Sequence record: PP400779
Source of the DNA: Escherichia phage JM17
Length of the DNA: 64,000 bases
Strand: one strand, 5' to 3'
In this document: positions 8,426 through 17,615 of the stretch, piece after piece
Position numbering within the stretch: the first letter of the stretch is position 1
Layout of the letters: every line of letters begins with the position of its first letter
The notes under the pieces: model-generated
What the model saw: the letters and a program-made list of their open reading frames with translations, nothing else
Database searches by the model: none
What the model was told of the DNA's origin: nothing
Made by a program: the position numbers and the translations under genes

Positions 8426-9526
8426 ATGAAAGTTATGTTTATCCCATCTCGCGCAGTCCCATTTAACCCAGAACGTGTACAAGGTGGTCTTGAAGCAGTA
8501 CATTTAAATGTGTTGAAATATCTTGTGTCCATCGGTGCTGATATTGATTATATCGGCTTTGATAATGACACGTTTGGTGACTGGAAGGTTAATCATCATC
8601 CTGTTGGTCATCTGACTAAATTCAGTCTAGGTATGAGTTATACTATGGCTCGTAAGATTGTTGAACTAGCCGGCATTAATGAGTACGATTTCGTTGTTAC
8701 AATGGAACCGACCAAACTAACCGTTCAGGCAATTAAAGACGCAGGTCTCTCTAAAGTTCATAAGAATTTTATGGCAACACCATTTGAACCAGTATCTCGT
8801 GGCATTGTTCAAATTTGGGACCAGACTATTCAAATTCGTAAGAATGGTGGTAAGAGTTATGCTCCTACTAAAGCCTTCCGTGAATTTGAACGCAAATATT
8901 GTTATATGACTTCAGGTCTGACTGACAAAATTGATTATGATTATTGGCGAGCAAATCCGTTGTTTGAAGCCGAAGATTATCCGGTTATTTGTTTGAATGA
9001 GAAACCTGAAGTTCTTCCGGCGACGGATCTGATTATTAGTGCACAACGTTATGACACTAAAATGCGTCGTACTGATGTTGCTCTTGAAGCGATTAAAGCA
9101 CTAGGCGAAAATGGTGTAGGATACTGTCCTAGTAAATGGGCACCACCGGCTAAGTATCCTGTTATTATTGATGCTCCACACAGTGAAATCATGGAACGTC
9201 TTAAAACAGCTAAAGCACTTATCAATACGTGTCCTGACACGGGTACGGTAGAGAATAGTTCTATTGAAGCCATCTCTAAAGGTGTCCCTGTGATTCAGTT
9301 AGTTTTTAAGGATTATCCGCACGCGACATTCGAATATGACCCAGATACTGTGCGTGTAGAAATTGATTCCTCTACTCCTAAGAAAGAAGTAGTTGCGCTT
9401 TACACAAAAGCTGTATTAGAATTCACTGACACATACGAAGCTCGAGTTAAACGTGCTGAAGCAGTATGGAAGAAGTATAATCGAGATGCAGTTGTTGCGA
9501 TGTGGGATAAAATCTTCACAGCGTAA
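8426..9526 (+). CDS. putative GT-B-fold glycosyltransferase (366 aa)
   Basis: C-terminal GTVENSSIEAISKGVPVI resembles the GT4-family E-x7-E sugar-donor motif; lies between gene 39 and rIIA. Confidence 0.5.
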   Translation: MKVMFIPSRAVPFNPERVQGGLEAVHLNVLKYLVSIGADIDYIGFDNDTFGDWKVNHHPVGHLTKFSLGMSYTMARKIVELAGINEYDFVVTMEPTKLTVQAIKDAGLSKVHKNFMATPFEPVSRGIVQIWDQTIQIRKNGGKSYAPTKAFREFERKYCYMTSGLTDKIDYDYWRANPLFEAEDYPVICLNEKPEVLPATDLIISAQRYDTKMRRTDVALEAIKALGENGVGYCPSKWAPPAKYPVIIDAPHSEIMERLKTAKALINTCPDTGTVENSSIEAISKGVPVIQLVFKDYPHATFEYDPDTVRVEIDSSTPKKEVVALYTKAVLEFTDTYEARVKRAEAVWKKYNRDAVVAMWDKIFTA

Positions 9527-9542
9527 ATCCTGAATAGCCTGA

Positions 9543-9592
9543 GGCACTATTACACATAAGATGATAGATTATATGGTCTTTAGTAATAGTGC
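9543..9592. repeat. 11-bp perfect inverted repeat with 28-nt spacer
   Basis: ggcactattac (9543-9553) and gtaatagtgcc (9582-9592), in the intergenic region before the 9619 ORF. Confidence 0.6.
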
Positions 9593-9618
9593 CCTAGGAA
9601 TCTACTGAAGAGAATATT

Positions 9619-9819
9619 ATGAGAACATATAACGTGGACTTGGAACTTTTTGATAAAGCAGTGCTCCGGGAATTCCGGCTTATCCAAAGATTTTTTGATA
9701 TCGAGTCAGCAGAGTCCTTTAAAGAACGCTTTAAAGAAATTCGATATAAAATACAAACCGATACAGCTACTAAAGAAGAACTTCTCGAAGTGGCAGAAAT
9801 TTTTAAACGTAACTTGTGA
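9619..9819 (+). CDS. hypothetical protein (66 aa; rIIA.1 position)
   Basis: ORF with ribosome-binding site immediately upstream of rIIA. Confidence 0.45.
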   Translation: MRTYNVDLELFDKAVLREFRLIQRFFDIESAESFKERFKEIRYKIQTDTATKEELLEVAEIFKRNL

Positions 9820-9831
9820 TGAGAGAAAAAT

Positions 9832-12045
9832 ATGATTATTGAAACGGCTAAAGAAACGATTATTGGTTCTGGTGGTAAAAGCACAGCATTTACTATTCAA
9901 GGCAATAGCAAAGTTTATAAGATTTTGTCTAATGACCTTTATACAAACAAAGAATTGGCTTGTGTACGTGAATTAATCACAAACTGTATCGATGGACAAA
10001 TTCTTAATGGTTGCACTGATAAGTTTATTGTTCAGGCTCCAGGTCGTTTAGACCCACGTTTTGTAGTTCGAGACTTTGGTCCTGGTATGAGTGATTTCAC
10101 CATTCGAGGTAATGACGAAGAGCCAGGAATCTATAACTCATATTTTGCTTCAACTAAAACATCGAGTAACGATTTCATTGGTGGATTCGGACTCGGTTCT
10201 AAAGCTCCACTAGCATATACCGATACGTTTAACCTTACGTCTTATCACAACGGTGAAGTTCGTGGTTACGTAATCTACCAAGATGACACGGGTCCACAAA
10301 TTAAGCCAACCTTTGTAGATAAGATGGGCCCCGATGACCGTACGGGTGTAGAAGTAGTTGTACCGGTTAACCCAGAAGATTTTGAAAAGTTCGCATCTGA
10401 AATTGCATATGTTATGCGTCCTCTAGGTGATATTGCAGAAGTTCGTGGTGTTAAAGATATTAAATACTTCCCTGAATTTGACGATGTATATTTGGCCAAG
10501 GAAGCTCCATGGGGTGAACGCGGTAATATCATGGCTGTTTACGGTGGTATTGTATATCCAATCGGAAGTGTTATTAAAGAACAAACATGGATGATGACGC
10601 GATGCACTACAGCTTATATTAAATTCCCTATGGGTGAACTAGATGTAGCCCCGTCTCGTGAAGCATTGTCATTTGATAAACGTACAGTAGCAAATATCCA
10701 TAAACGTGTTGCAGAAATCGATGCTAAATTGTTCGCTGAAGATTCTAAGAAATGGATTGATTGTAAATACCCACGTCATGTGTTCCGTGAAATTGATTCT
10801 CTTGGCTATACCGCTCGTAAATACATGGAAAAGGCCGGGTCTAATATTGAATCACTGAAATACTCTAAAGAACAACTAACTTATTCCGAGTTGTACAAAC
10901 GTTTTAAAATGGGGCCTGAGTGGTGTAATCTTGGCGTCGTATACGATATCGTTGAATCCCCTCGTCTTCGTCGTATTCGTGAAAGTGGTAGCTCATCAAC
11001 AACCATTTCAATTAATAGCCTGATTGGCATTAACATTAAAAACGTTGAAATTGTTATTGACGACGTTAAGGGACGCGTTCCATTAATGCGAGCTCTTAAT
11101 TCAATTGAAATGTCTAAAGACGAGGTTAAATTAACCGGTAAAGTTCCACGCGGTTTTGGTAAAAGCGTACTATTCGTTGACCCTACAGACGAAGATGCAA
11201 TGAAACTTCTGGAACGCCTTAAAGTTATCTTTGATGGCGACAACATTAACATGTACAAGACTTCAGAGCTTTTACAAATCGTTAAGCCATGGATTGAAGT
11301 CAAGACTCGTTCTAATGGGCCTCGCCCTAAATCACCGAGTGCCCATCGTTTCTTCAAGAACGAAAACGATGTTTGGGTATCGGAAGATCTCTTTATTCCG
11401 GCAAGTGAAGCAGATGAAATCCAAGGTTATGCTATAGTTCGTAATCGTTCTAATGCTGAATGTCTTGACTCAGATAAAGGTTGGTTGAACTATGACTCCA
11501 ATTTCTTGACCCGTATTGCTGATTTGTCAGGTATTAAAGAGTTCACTGTAGTCCGTCCACAGATTGCTAAGAAAGTTCGTAAACTTGGTGAAGTAGAATG
11601 CTTGTTCGAAAAATCAATTAATGACTATATTACGCTAATTGATAAAGTGGATTATGATGAGTATGTATCACCAAGTCGTAGAGCACAGCCTTATTTGAAT
11701 CATATTACTCGTAATGAAGAGCTTAACTTCCTTAGTAAGTATTTTAGCTCTAAGAACAAAGAAATCAGTAAAGATTTTGCAAAACTTTCAACAGTAAATA
11801 ATCGTTGGGGATGGAATCGATTCGCAGGTGCTGATAACAGAGACCTGAACACGAAGTTAGAATTGTGTGCTAAAATTTTCGATAAGCTTAAAGATAATGC
11901 TTACGATAATGATGATAAAATGGTTATTGAATTCGAAACCAATTATCATATTGTGTCAGAATACATGGGACGACGTGGTACTCTTTCCAAAGAACAGGTC
12001 GCTCAAATCGTTAAATTCATGAAGGCCGTGGAAGCGGCCAAATAA
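9832..12045 (+). CDS. rIIA: rIIA protein
   Basis: 737 aa, N-terminus MIIETAKETIIG; size and adjacency to rIIB match T4 rIIA. Confidence 0.9.
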   Translation: MIIETAKETIIGSGGKSTAFTIQGNSKVYKILSNDLYTNKELACVRELITNCIDGQILNGCTDKFIVQAPGRLDPRFVVRDFGPGMSDFTIRGNDEEPGIYNSYFASTKTSSNDFIGGFGLGSKAPLAYTDTFNLTSYHNGEVRGYVIYQDDTGPQIKPTFVDKMGPDDRTGVEVVVPVNPEDFEKFASEIAYVMRPLGDIAEVRGVKDIKYFPEFDDVYLAKEAPWGERGNIMAVYGGIVYPIGSVIKEQTWMMTRCTTAYIKFPMGELDVAPSREALSFDKRTVANIHKRVAEIDAKLFAEDSKKWIDCKYPRHVFREIDSLGYTARKYMEKAGSNIESLKYSKEQLTYSELYKRFKMGPEWCNLGVVYDIVESPRLRRIRESGSSSTTISINSLIGINIKNVEIVIDDVKGRVPLMRALNSIEMSKDEVKLTGKVPRGFGKSVLFVDPTDEDAMKLLERLKVIFDGDNINMYKTSELLQIVKPWIEVKTRSNGPRPKSPSAHRFFKNENDVWVSEDLFIPASEADEIQGYAIVRNRSNAECLDSDKGWLNYDSNFLTRIADLSGIKEFTVVRPQIAKKVRKLGEVECLFEKSINDYITLIDKVDYDEYVSPSRRAQPYLNHITRNEELNFLSKYFSSKNKEISKDFAKLSTVNNRWGWNRFAGADNRDLNTKLELCAKIFDKLKDNAYDNDDKMVIEFETNYHIVSEYMGRRGTLSKEQVAQIVKFMKAVEAAK

Positions 12046-12054
12046 GGAAACATT

Positions 12055-12990
12055 ATGTACAATATCAAATGCTTGTCCCAAGAAGAACAGTTAGAAGCTT
12101 ACGGCCTGGTTGAATCAGGCAAATGGACTCGTAAAGAAATTGCCGATTACTTCGACATTTCAACAGATACTCTTCGTAAGATTGTTAAGAATTTTAAAGC
12201 AGAAGAGAAAGCAGCTGAATTTGAAGATGAAGAACAGGTTCCAGAAAATGATGAACCTATTATCGGCGGACATCGTCCTGAAATCGTATGGAACGCGTCA
12301 TCTAAATTTATTTCAATTATTGAAGGACGCGTAGCATACAATGCGACTCCATCAAGTCATGCAAATTTTGAAGAAATTAAAGCTAATCTGGTCGCAGGAA
12401 ACCTTAGTAAAGCTGTCGAACTTATTAACATCAAGAAAGCTATTACTAAGTTTGTTGATGGTAATGTTACTATTGAAGGTGGTAGTTTATTTTATCAAGG
12501 TATAGAGATTCGTTCAGGGCTGGTTAACCGTATTATTGATTCTATGGAAAAAGGTGAAGACTTTAAATTCTATCTGCCATTCCTTGAAAACCTGTTAGAA
12601 AACCCAAGTGAAAAAGCTGTACAACGTTTATTCGACTTCTTGGTTGCAAACGATATTGAAATCACTGAAGATGGTCATTTCTATGCGTGGAAAGTAGTTC
12701 GTAAGGACTATTTAGACTGCTATAGTGGTACATTTGATAACTCGCCTGGTAAAGTTGTTTCAATGCCTCGTACTCGTGTTAACGATGATGATACTCAAAC
12801 CTGCTCCCGTGGTCTACATGTTTGTGCTAAATCATATATTCGTTACTTTGGTTCAAGCTCAGATAAAGTTGTTAAAGTTAAAGTTCATCCACGTGATGTT
12901 GTATCTATCCCAGTTGACTATGGCGATGCTAAGATGCGTACTTGTCGTTACGAAGTAATTTCAGACGTTACTGAATTATTTGCAGAATAA
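12055..12990 (+). CDS. rIIB: rIIB protein
   Basis: 311 aa, N-terminus MYNIKCLSQEEQ as in T4 rIIB. Confidence 0.9.
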   Translation: MYNIKCLSQEEQLEAYGLVESGKWTRKEIADYFDISTDTLRKIVKNFKAEEKAAEFEDEEQVPENDEPIIGGHRPEIVWNASSKFISIIEGRVAYNATPSSHANFEEIKANLVAGNLSKAVELINIKKAITKFVDGNVTIEGGSLFYQGIEIRSGLVNRIIDSMEKGEDFKFYLPFLENLLENPSEKAVQRLFDFLVANDIEITEDGHFYAWKVVRKDYLDCYSGTFDNSPGKVVSMPRTRVNDDDTQTCSRGLHVCAKSYIRYFGSSSDKVVKVKVHPRDVVSIPVDYGDAKMRTCRYEVISDVTELFAE

Positions 12991-12995
12991 TAATT

Positions 12996-13017
12996 GGGGA
13001 CTTCGGTCCCCTTTTTT
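12996..13017 (+). terminator. intrinsic terminator (GGGGAC-UUCG-GUCCCC plus T6)
   Basis: ggggacttcggtcccc followed by tttttt after rIIB. Confidence 0.65.
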
Positions 13018-13031
13018 CTTTAGGGGTAATT

Positions 13032-13319
13032 ATGATTCATCCATTTGACGTATCAGAATCCAAAATTGCTAATCTTCGTGGTCATCATAAGTGTAAATCA
13101 GTTTATTGCGCTAAATTGGTAAAACATCCTGGTGATGCACACTACGGCTGGTTAGAATGCGACGAAGTTGTTATTGAAATCCCACCGGTAGATGCAGAAT
13201 ATCTTGAAGAAGGTGACCGCATTTATTTTGGCGAACTACACATCAGAGGTATCTATGGTAAAGACGAACTTGGGGCTGTTGAGGCTGAAGAGTCTTCCGA
13301 CATTTATCCTGTCGAATGA
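13032..13319 (+). CDS. hypothetical protein (95 aa)
   Basis: ORF with ribosome-binding site after the rIIB terminator. Confidence 0.5.
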   Translation: MIHPFDVSESKIANLRGHHKCKSVYCAKLVKHPGDAHYGWLECDEVVIEIPPVDAEYLEEGDRIYFGELHIRGIYGKDELGAVEAEESSDIYPVE

Positions 13320-13335
13320 GTTTTTGACTAGCGAA

Positions 13336-13812
13336 ATGAAGGTTAAGATCGCTGATACTGCTCGGTACTCGTTGAAACAAGATCCAGGTCAAATAAAAGA
13401 AGACGTTGTTCGACGTTGTAAGGTTGCAGTCTTTGCAGAGTATGTAGTAGCAAATTGGCTAGACGGATATGTTAATAAAGGTAATGAAGACGTAGAAGAC
13501 CCGTACACGTATGCATGGGACGTTTTAGCTCATCCTAAGTACTGTGGTCTACGCGTAGAAGTAAAGACCCATCAGATGGATTCGAAATGGATTTCGGTTA
13601 CCACAGGATACAGTGGTGATTATCCGGGTGGCAACGGAATCAACATAGGGCCCTTCCTTAATCATCGAGTCGCTGACTGTATTATTATATTGAATGTCAA
13701 AGAAACCTCACCTGACGTCTTCTCTTATTCTATAAAGTTCGTGGGAGACCATGAAGACCTAAAGAAAATCGTCCGCAAGAGCAACTACAACGGGTGGTAT
13801 CTTCATCTTTAA
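13336..13812 (+). CDS. hypothetical protein (158 aa; denB position by synteny)
   Basis: ATG at 13336 in the frame of the 13192-13812 track ORF; the longer start would overlap the upstream ORF by about 130 bp. Confidence 0.4.
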   Translation: MKVKIADTARYSLKQDPGQIKEDVVRRCKVAVFAEYVVANWLDGYVNKGNEDVEDPYTYAWDVLAHPKYCGLRVEVKTHQMDSKWISVTTGYSGDYPGGNGINIGPFLNHRVADCIIILNVKETSPDVFSYSIKFVGDHEDLKKIVRKSNYNGWYLHL

Positions 13813-13824
13813 TTTCATAAAAGT

Positions 13825-13854
13825 GTTTACAACTAAGTAGGACTATGATATAGT
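13825..13854 (+). promoter_or_regulatory. T4-type early promoter (GTTTAC -35, TATAGT -10)
   Basis: 18-bp spacer; -10 flanked by 8-bp inverted repeat taggacta / tagtccta. Confidence 0.5.
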
Positions 13855-13880
13855 AGTCCTATCTAAAAGAGGATAACATC

Positions 13881-14144
13881 ATGAAATTTAAATTTTTCTA
13901 CGCAAAACATAAAGTAACAGGCGAATTTGTTTCAATGTACAACACCGCAGATGACGAAGGGATGATTTATACCCATTTGGGACTATCTCATTGGGACTCA
14001 GACGTGCCTTATATGTCATCTGAAGCCGAAATAACTCGTTTAGTTAATGGACATATGAACGACCATTTTGGTGTTATTCTTTCTAAAGACCTTAAAGAGG
14101 TTATCAACAAAGGATATATGGAACTCGCGGAAGTTGAGATATGA
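13881..14144 (+). CDS. hypothetical protein (87 aa)
   Basis: ORF with ribosome-binding site downstream of the promoter. Confidence 0.45.
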   Translation: MKFKFFYAKHKVTGEFVSMYNTADDEGMIYTHLGLSHWDSDVPYMSSEAEITRLVNGHMNDHFGVILSKDLKEVINKGYMELAEVEI

Positions 14145-14227
14145 GCTCTAAAATGTGGATAGGAATATGGTTGCTTAGTATCCCAATGATTTGTATAATA
14201 TTTTCAATTGTGATGAGGTACTTATGA
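14141..14227 (+). CDS. possible small hydrophobic peptide (28 aa)
   Basis: ATGA overlap with the upstream stop; translation MSSKMWIGIWLLSIPMICIIFSIVMRYL. Confidence 0.2.
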   Translation: MSSKMWIGIWLLSIPMICIIFSIVMRYL

Positions 14228-14334
14228 AAAATGCACTTCTTATTGTACTAAGAACAATTTGTGATGCGTGGTTTTACATCGCATGTTCGTTCACTGGAAC
14301 ATGGTTGGCTTTAACATATTTTAATGTAATTTAA
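14224..14334 (+). CDS. possible small hydrophobic peptide (36 aa)
   Basis: Overlapping start; translation MKNALLIVLRTICDAWFYIACSFTGTWLALTYFNVI. Confidence 0.2.
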   Translation: MKNALLIVLRTICDAWFYIACSFTGTWLALTYFNVI

Positions 14335-14336
14335 TT

Positions 14337-14366
14337 GTTTACATCACGGTAGGATTATGGTATAGT
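14337..14366 (+). promoter_or_regulatory. T4-type early promoter (GTTTAC -35, TATAGT -10)
   Basis: 18-bp spacer; near-duplicate of the 13825 promoter. Confidence 0.5.
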
Positions 14367-14394
14367 AGTCCTACTGAAACATGAGGAACACAAA

Positions 14395-14595
14395 ATGGCT
14401 AAGCTTTTTAAAGATGTTGAAATTGGTGAAAAATTTGTTCTGAATAACGGTCAGCAGCTTATTCGTGTAGCTTCTATCGCCGGACAAACTCATAACTGTA
14501 TCGCCCCAACGTGTTGGACTCGATTCTTTATTGAAGATGACACTGAATGTTTAACTGTTGAAGAGCTTTTTGAACGTTCTGATATGGCCGAATAA
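14395..14595 (+). CDS. hypothetical protein (66 aa)
   Basis: ORF with ribosome-binding site downstream of the promoter. Confidence 0.45.
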   Translation: MAKLFKDVEIGEKFVLNNGQQLIRVASIAGQTHNCIAPTCWTRFFIEDDTECLTVEELFERSDMAE

Positions 14596-14597
14596 AA

Positions 14598-14628
14598 TTG
14601 TACAAACTCTTGAGAGCAGAGTATAATG
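14598..14628 (+). promoter_or_regulatory. early promoter (TTGTACA -35, TATAAT -10)
   Basis: -10 flanked by inverted repeat gagagca / tgctctc; upstream of ndd. Confidence 0.45.
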
Positions 14629-14671
14629 CTCTCATGGATTACAAAAACATTAATCAATTGAGGAAATTAGC

Positions 14672-15118
14672 ATGTCCAAATATTTAACTCGTAAAGACCT
14701 TCTGGCAGTTGGCGGTGAAGTTGTTGCAGTAGTTCGTAATGGCGAATACGGTTCTGAAGTTTCTAAAGAGTTTCGTTCTCGTGAAGGTTTTTACTTCTTC
14801 GTTAAAGGTTCATCTGATTGGCGACAAGTAGCAGCACGATTCTTTGTAGGACGTCAACGTTCTAAACAAGGGTTGGATGCAATTCTTTCTCACATTCGTC
14901 AAGGCCGTTCACAACTAGCCCGTACCATGGGCACTAACAATATTGAATATGATGTAATCTTTGTTGCAGCTAAGAACATGAAACCACTGACCACTGGTTA
15001 TGGTAAAGGTCAATTGGCTCTGGCATTCACTCGCAACCATACATCAGAATATCAAACACTCACTGAAATGAACCGTCTTCTGGCAGATAATTTCAAATTC
15101 ATTCTGCAGAGTTACTAA
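14672..15118 (+). CDS. ndd: nucleoid disruption protein Ndd
   Basis: 148 aa; [10 protein letters not shown]...[13 protein letters not shown]...[13 protein letters not shown]...LADNFKF blocks match T4 Ndd. Confidence 0.9.
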   Translation: MSKYLTRKDLLAVGGEVVAVVRNGEYGSEVSKEFRSREGFYFFVKGSSDWRQVAARFFVGRQRSKQGLDAILSHIRQGRSQLARTMGTNNIEYDVIFVAAKNMKPLTTGYGKGQLALAFTRNHTSEYQTLTEMNRLLADNFKFILQSY

Positions 15119-15125
15119 TTTATAC

Positions 15126-15157
15126 AGGCCTATTAAGTTGGGCCTTTAATTTATTTT
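15126..15157 (+). terminator. possible terminator (GC stem plus T-rich tail)
   Basis: aggcc...ggcct hairpin followed by ttaatttattttt after ndd. Confidence 0.3.
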
Positions 15158-15170
15158 TGAGGTAATTAAA

Positions 15171-15317
15171 ATGGTAGCATGGATTATTGCATTGCTGTGT
15201 TGGTCGTTTTTATTCGTTAACACTTTAGTTACAGGCGAAACAACAGTATTTCAACAGGCCGTATCACAAGGTACCTTAGCGGTCTTAGCTCTTCTTAACG
15301 TGTTAAAAGGCGAGTAA
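15171..15317 (+). CDS. small hydrophobic protein (48 aa)
   Basis: Ribosome-binding site GAGG; translation MVAWIIALLCWSFLFVNTLV... is one predicted membrane helix; between ndd and gene 52, where T4 has ac. Confidence 0.3.
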   Translation: MVAWIIALLCWSFLFVNTLVTGETTVFQQAVSQGTLAVLALLNVLKGE

Positions 15318-15457
15318 TGATTAAGAAAATCTTAGCAGGAGCCTTCGGGCTCTTGTTGTTGCTTACGGTTCTGTACTACGGTGTGATGTTTGGACTAATC
15401 CAAGTAGTGCTTTTCATTTCAGATGTTATAATGGTTATTAGTTCATTAATATGGTGA
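15317..15457 (+). CDS. small hydrophobic protein (46 aa)
   Basis: ATG overlaps the upstream stop; translation MIKKILAGAFGLLLLLTVLYYGVMFGL... Confidence 0.3.
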   Translation: MIKKILAGAFGLLLLLTVLYYGVMFGLIQVVLFISDVIMVISSLIW

Positions 15458-15461
15458 AAAT

Positions 15462-16787
15462 ATGCAATTGAATTCTCGTAATCTAAAAAGTATTATTGAT
15501 AACGAAGCCTTAGCATATGCGATGTACACCGTTGAAAACCGTGCAATCCCAAACATGATTGATGGATTTAAGCCGGTTCAACGTTTTGTGGTTCATCGTG
15601 CGTTAGATTTGGCTCGTGGTAATAAAGAAAAATTTCATAAACTTGCGTCAATTGCAGGCGGTGTTGCAGATTTAGGTTATCACCATGGTGAATCTTCTGC
15701 ACAAGATGCAGGTGCATTGATGGCTAACACATGGAACAACAACTATCCACTGTTAGATGGCCAAGGCAACTTTGGTTCTCGAACAGTCCAAAAAGCTGCA
15801 GCATCTCGTTATATTTTTGCTCGTGTAAGTAAAAATTTCTATAACGTATATAAAGATACTGAATATGCTCCAGCTCATGAAGATAAAGAACACATTCCAC
15901 CAAAATTCTATCTTCCTATTATTCCGACAGTTCTTTTGAATGGTGTCTCTGGTATTGCAACCGGTTACGCAACAAATATTCTGCCTCATAGTTTTAAATC
16001 AGTCAAAAAGGCTGTATTACAAGCTCTTCAAGGTAAAAATGTCACTAAGCCAAAAGTTGAATTCCCGGAATTCCGTGGTGAAGTACATGAAGTTGATGGG
16101 CGTTATGAGATCCACGGAACATATAAGTTCACATCTCGCACTCAAATGCAGATAACTGAAATCCCATATAAATTCGACCGTGAAACGTATGTGAGTAAGG
16201 TTCTTGACCCGTTGGAAGACAAAGGTCTAATCTCATGGGAAGATGATTGTGGTGAACACGGCTTTGGGTTTAAGGTGAAGTTCCGTAAAGAGTACTCGCT
16301 TCCTGATGATGAAGAGCTACGTCATGAAAAAATCATGAAAGATTTTAGTCTCATCGAACGTCGTTCACAAAACATCACAGTGATTAATGAAAAGGGTAAA
16401 TTAGCTGTCTACGATAACGTAGTGGACTTAATCAAAGATTTTGTTGAAGTCCGTAAGACTTACGTTCAGAAACGTATTGACAACAAAATCCTTGAATCTG
16501 AAAAAGCATTTAAACTGGCTTTTGCTAAGGCACACTTCATCAAAAAAGTTATCAACGGTGAAATTGTGATTCAGGGCAAGACTCGTAAAGCTTTGACTGA
16601 AGAGCTAGCACAAATCGAAATGTATAAAGAACATGTCGATAAACTGGTAGGTCTTAACATCTTCCATATCACTTCCGATGAAGCACGTAAACTAGCAGAA
16701 GAAGCTAAAGCTAAGAAAGAAGAAAATGAGTATTGGAAGTCTACTGATGTTGTGACAGAGTACACTAAAGACTTGGAGGCACTTTGA
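15462..16787 (+). CDS. 52: DNA topoisomerase II medium subunit (gp52)
   Basis: 441 aa; N-terminus MQLNSRNLKSIIDNEALAYAMYTVENRAIPNMIDGFKPVQRF near-identical to T4 gp52. Confidence 0.95.
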   Translation: MQLNSRNLKSIIDNEALAYAMYTVENRAIPNMIDGFKPVQRFVVHRALDLARGNKEKFHKLASIAGGVADLGYHHGESSAQDAGALMANTWNNNYPLLDGQGNFGSRTVQKAAASRYIFARVSKNFYNVYKDTEYAPAHEDKEHIPPKFYLPIIPTVLLNGVSGIATGYATNILPHSFKSVKKAVLQALQGKNVTKPKVEFPEFRGEVHEVDGRYEIHGTYKFTSRTQMQITEIPYKFDRETYVSKVLDPLEDKGLISWEDDCGEHGFGFKVKFRKEYSLPDDEELRHEKIMKDFSLIERRSQNITVINEKGKLAVYDNVVDLIKDFVEVRKTYVQKRIDNKILESEKAFKLAFAKAHFIKKVINGEIVIQGKTRKALTEELAQIEMYKEHVDKLVGLNIFHITSDEARKLAEEAKAKKEENEYWKSTDVVTEYTKDLEAL

Positions 16788-16863
16788 GTGCCCTAGCCTT
16801 AGGATTTCTCAGTGCAATAGCTGCACTAGTGATTTGGCTGTATTGGTTGGACAAACATGATTA

Positions 16864-16883
16864 GGGAGCTTCGGCTCCTTTTT
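16864..16883 (+). terminator. intrinsic terminator (GGAGC-UUCG-GCUCC plus T5)
   Basis: ggagcttcggctcc followed by ttttt. Confidence 0.6.
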
Positions 16884-16904
16884 GTGCATTTTTCTCACAA
16901 AACA

Positions 16905-16934
16905 GTTTACACGTGCTTCAAACATGATATTATA
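16905..16934 (+). promoter_or_regulatory. T4-type early promoter (GTTTAC -35, TATTAT -10) for motA
   Basis: 17-bp spacer; spacer also contains tgcttca. Confidence 0.5.
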
Positions 16935-16972
16935 AACCTATCAAAACAAAACAACCGAATTGGAGAAATAAA

Positions 16973-17605
16973 ATGTCTAAAGTTACTTACATCATCAAAG
17001 CTTCTGAAAACGCTCTGAATGAAAAAACTGCTGCAATAATGGTTTATATCATTAAGAACAACTTCACCACTGTTGCCAATGTCCGTGAAGCTCTGGAAGC
17101 AGAATACAGTGCATCAGTTGTTAACTCTAACATTGGTGTATTGATTAAGAAAGGTTTAGTCGAAAAATCTGGTGATGGACTTATAGCAACAGGCGAAGCA
17201 ATGGATATTATCCAAAAAGCTGCAGACCTCTTTGCCCAAGAAAATGCTCCAGAACTTCTTCAGAAACGTAACACCAGAAAAGCACGTGGAGTTACTCCTG
17301 AAATGCATGAATTAGCAAACTTTGTTTTTGAAAATATTAAAGATAAAGTTGAAGTTAAAGAAATTGGTGAAAACCGTAGTAACTTAGAAGTTCGATTTGC
17401 AAAACGAGTTCTAGGTATTCGTCAGATCGAAATTCGTCGAGATGGCGCTCTTAGAATCTTTGCATACAACATGTCAGAAACTGAATCAAAGCTGTTTACT
17501 TCTCTTGAAAATGATGTTAAGATTAAAATCGGTGGTAAATATACTTACATTGACTTCCCTAATGTGTCCAAAGAAATCATTACCCTTGTAACTAATGTAC
17601 TGTGA
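16973..17605 (+). CDS. motA: middle-transcription activator MotA
   Basis: 210 aa; N-terminus MSKVTYIIKAS and NSNIGVLIKKGLVEKSGDGLI match T4 MotA. Confidence 0.92.
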   Translation: MSKVTYIIKASENALNEKTAAIMVYIIKNNFTTVANVREALEAEYSASVVNSNIGVLIKKGLVEKSGDGLIATGEAMDIIQKAADLFAQENAPELLQKRNTRKARGVTPEMHELANFVFENIKDKVEVKEIGENRSNLEVRFAKRVLGIRQIEIRRDGALRIFAYNMSETESKLFTSLENDVKIKIGGKYTYIDFPNVSKEIITLVTNVL

Positions 17606-17615
17606 GGAATACATA

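Noticed and set aside
9650-9835. 61-aa ORF overlapping the 9619-9819 ORF
   Set aside because: Alternative frame with no ribosome-binding site; the 9619 frame has a GAGAAT-type site.
10881-11357. Antisense ORFs inside large genes (for example 10881-11357 in rIIA, 6844-7122 and 7910-8218 in gene 39, 32421-32900 in gene 32, 42763-43287 in gene 63, 45529-46104 in pseT)
   Set aside because: Each lies wholly inside a well-supported gene on the opposite strand, has no ribosome-binding site, and has an odd amino-acid composition.
13192-13812. Longer 206-aa version of the denB-position ORF
   Set aside because: It would overlap the preceding 95-aa ORF by about 130 bp in another frame; the ATG at 13336 is more parsimonious.
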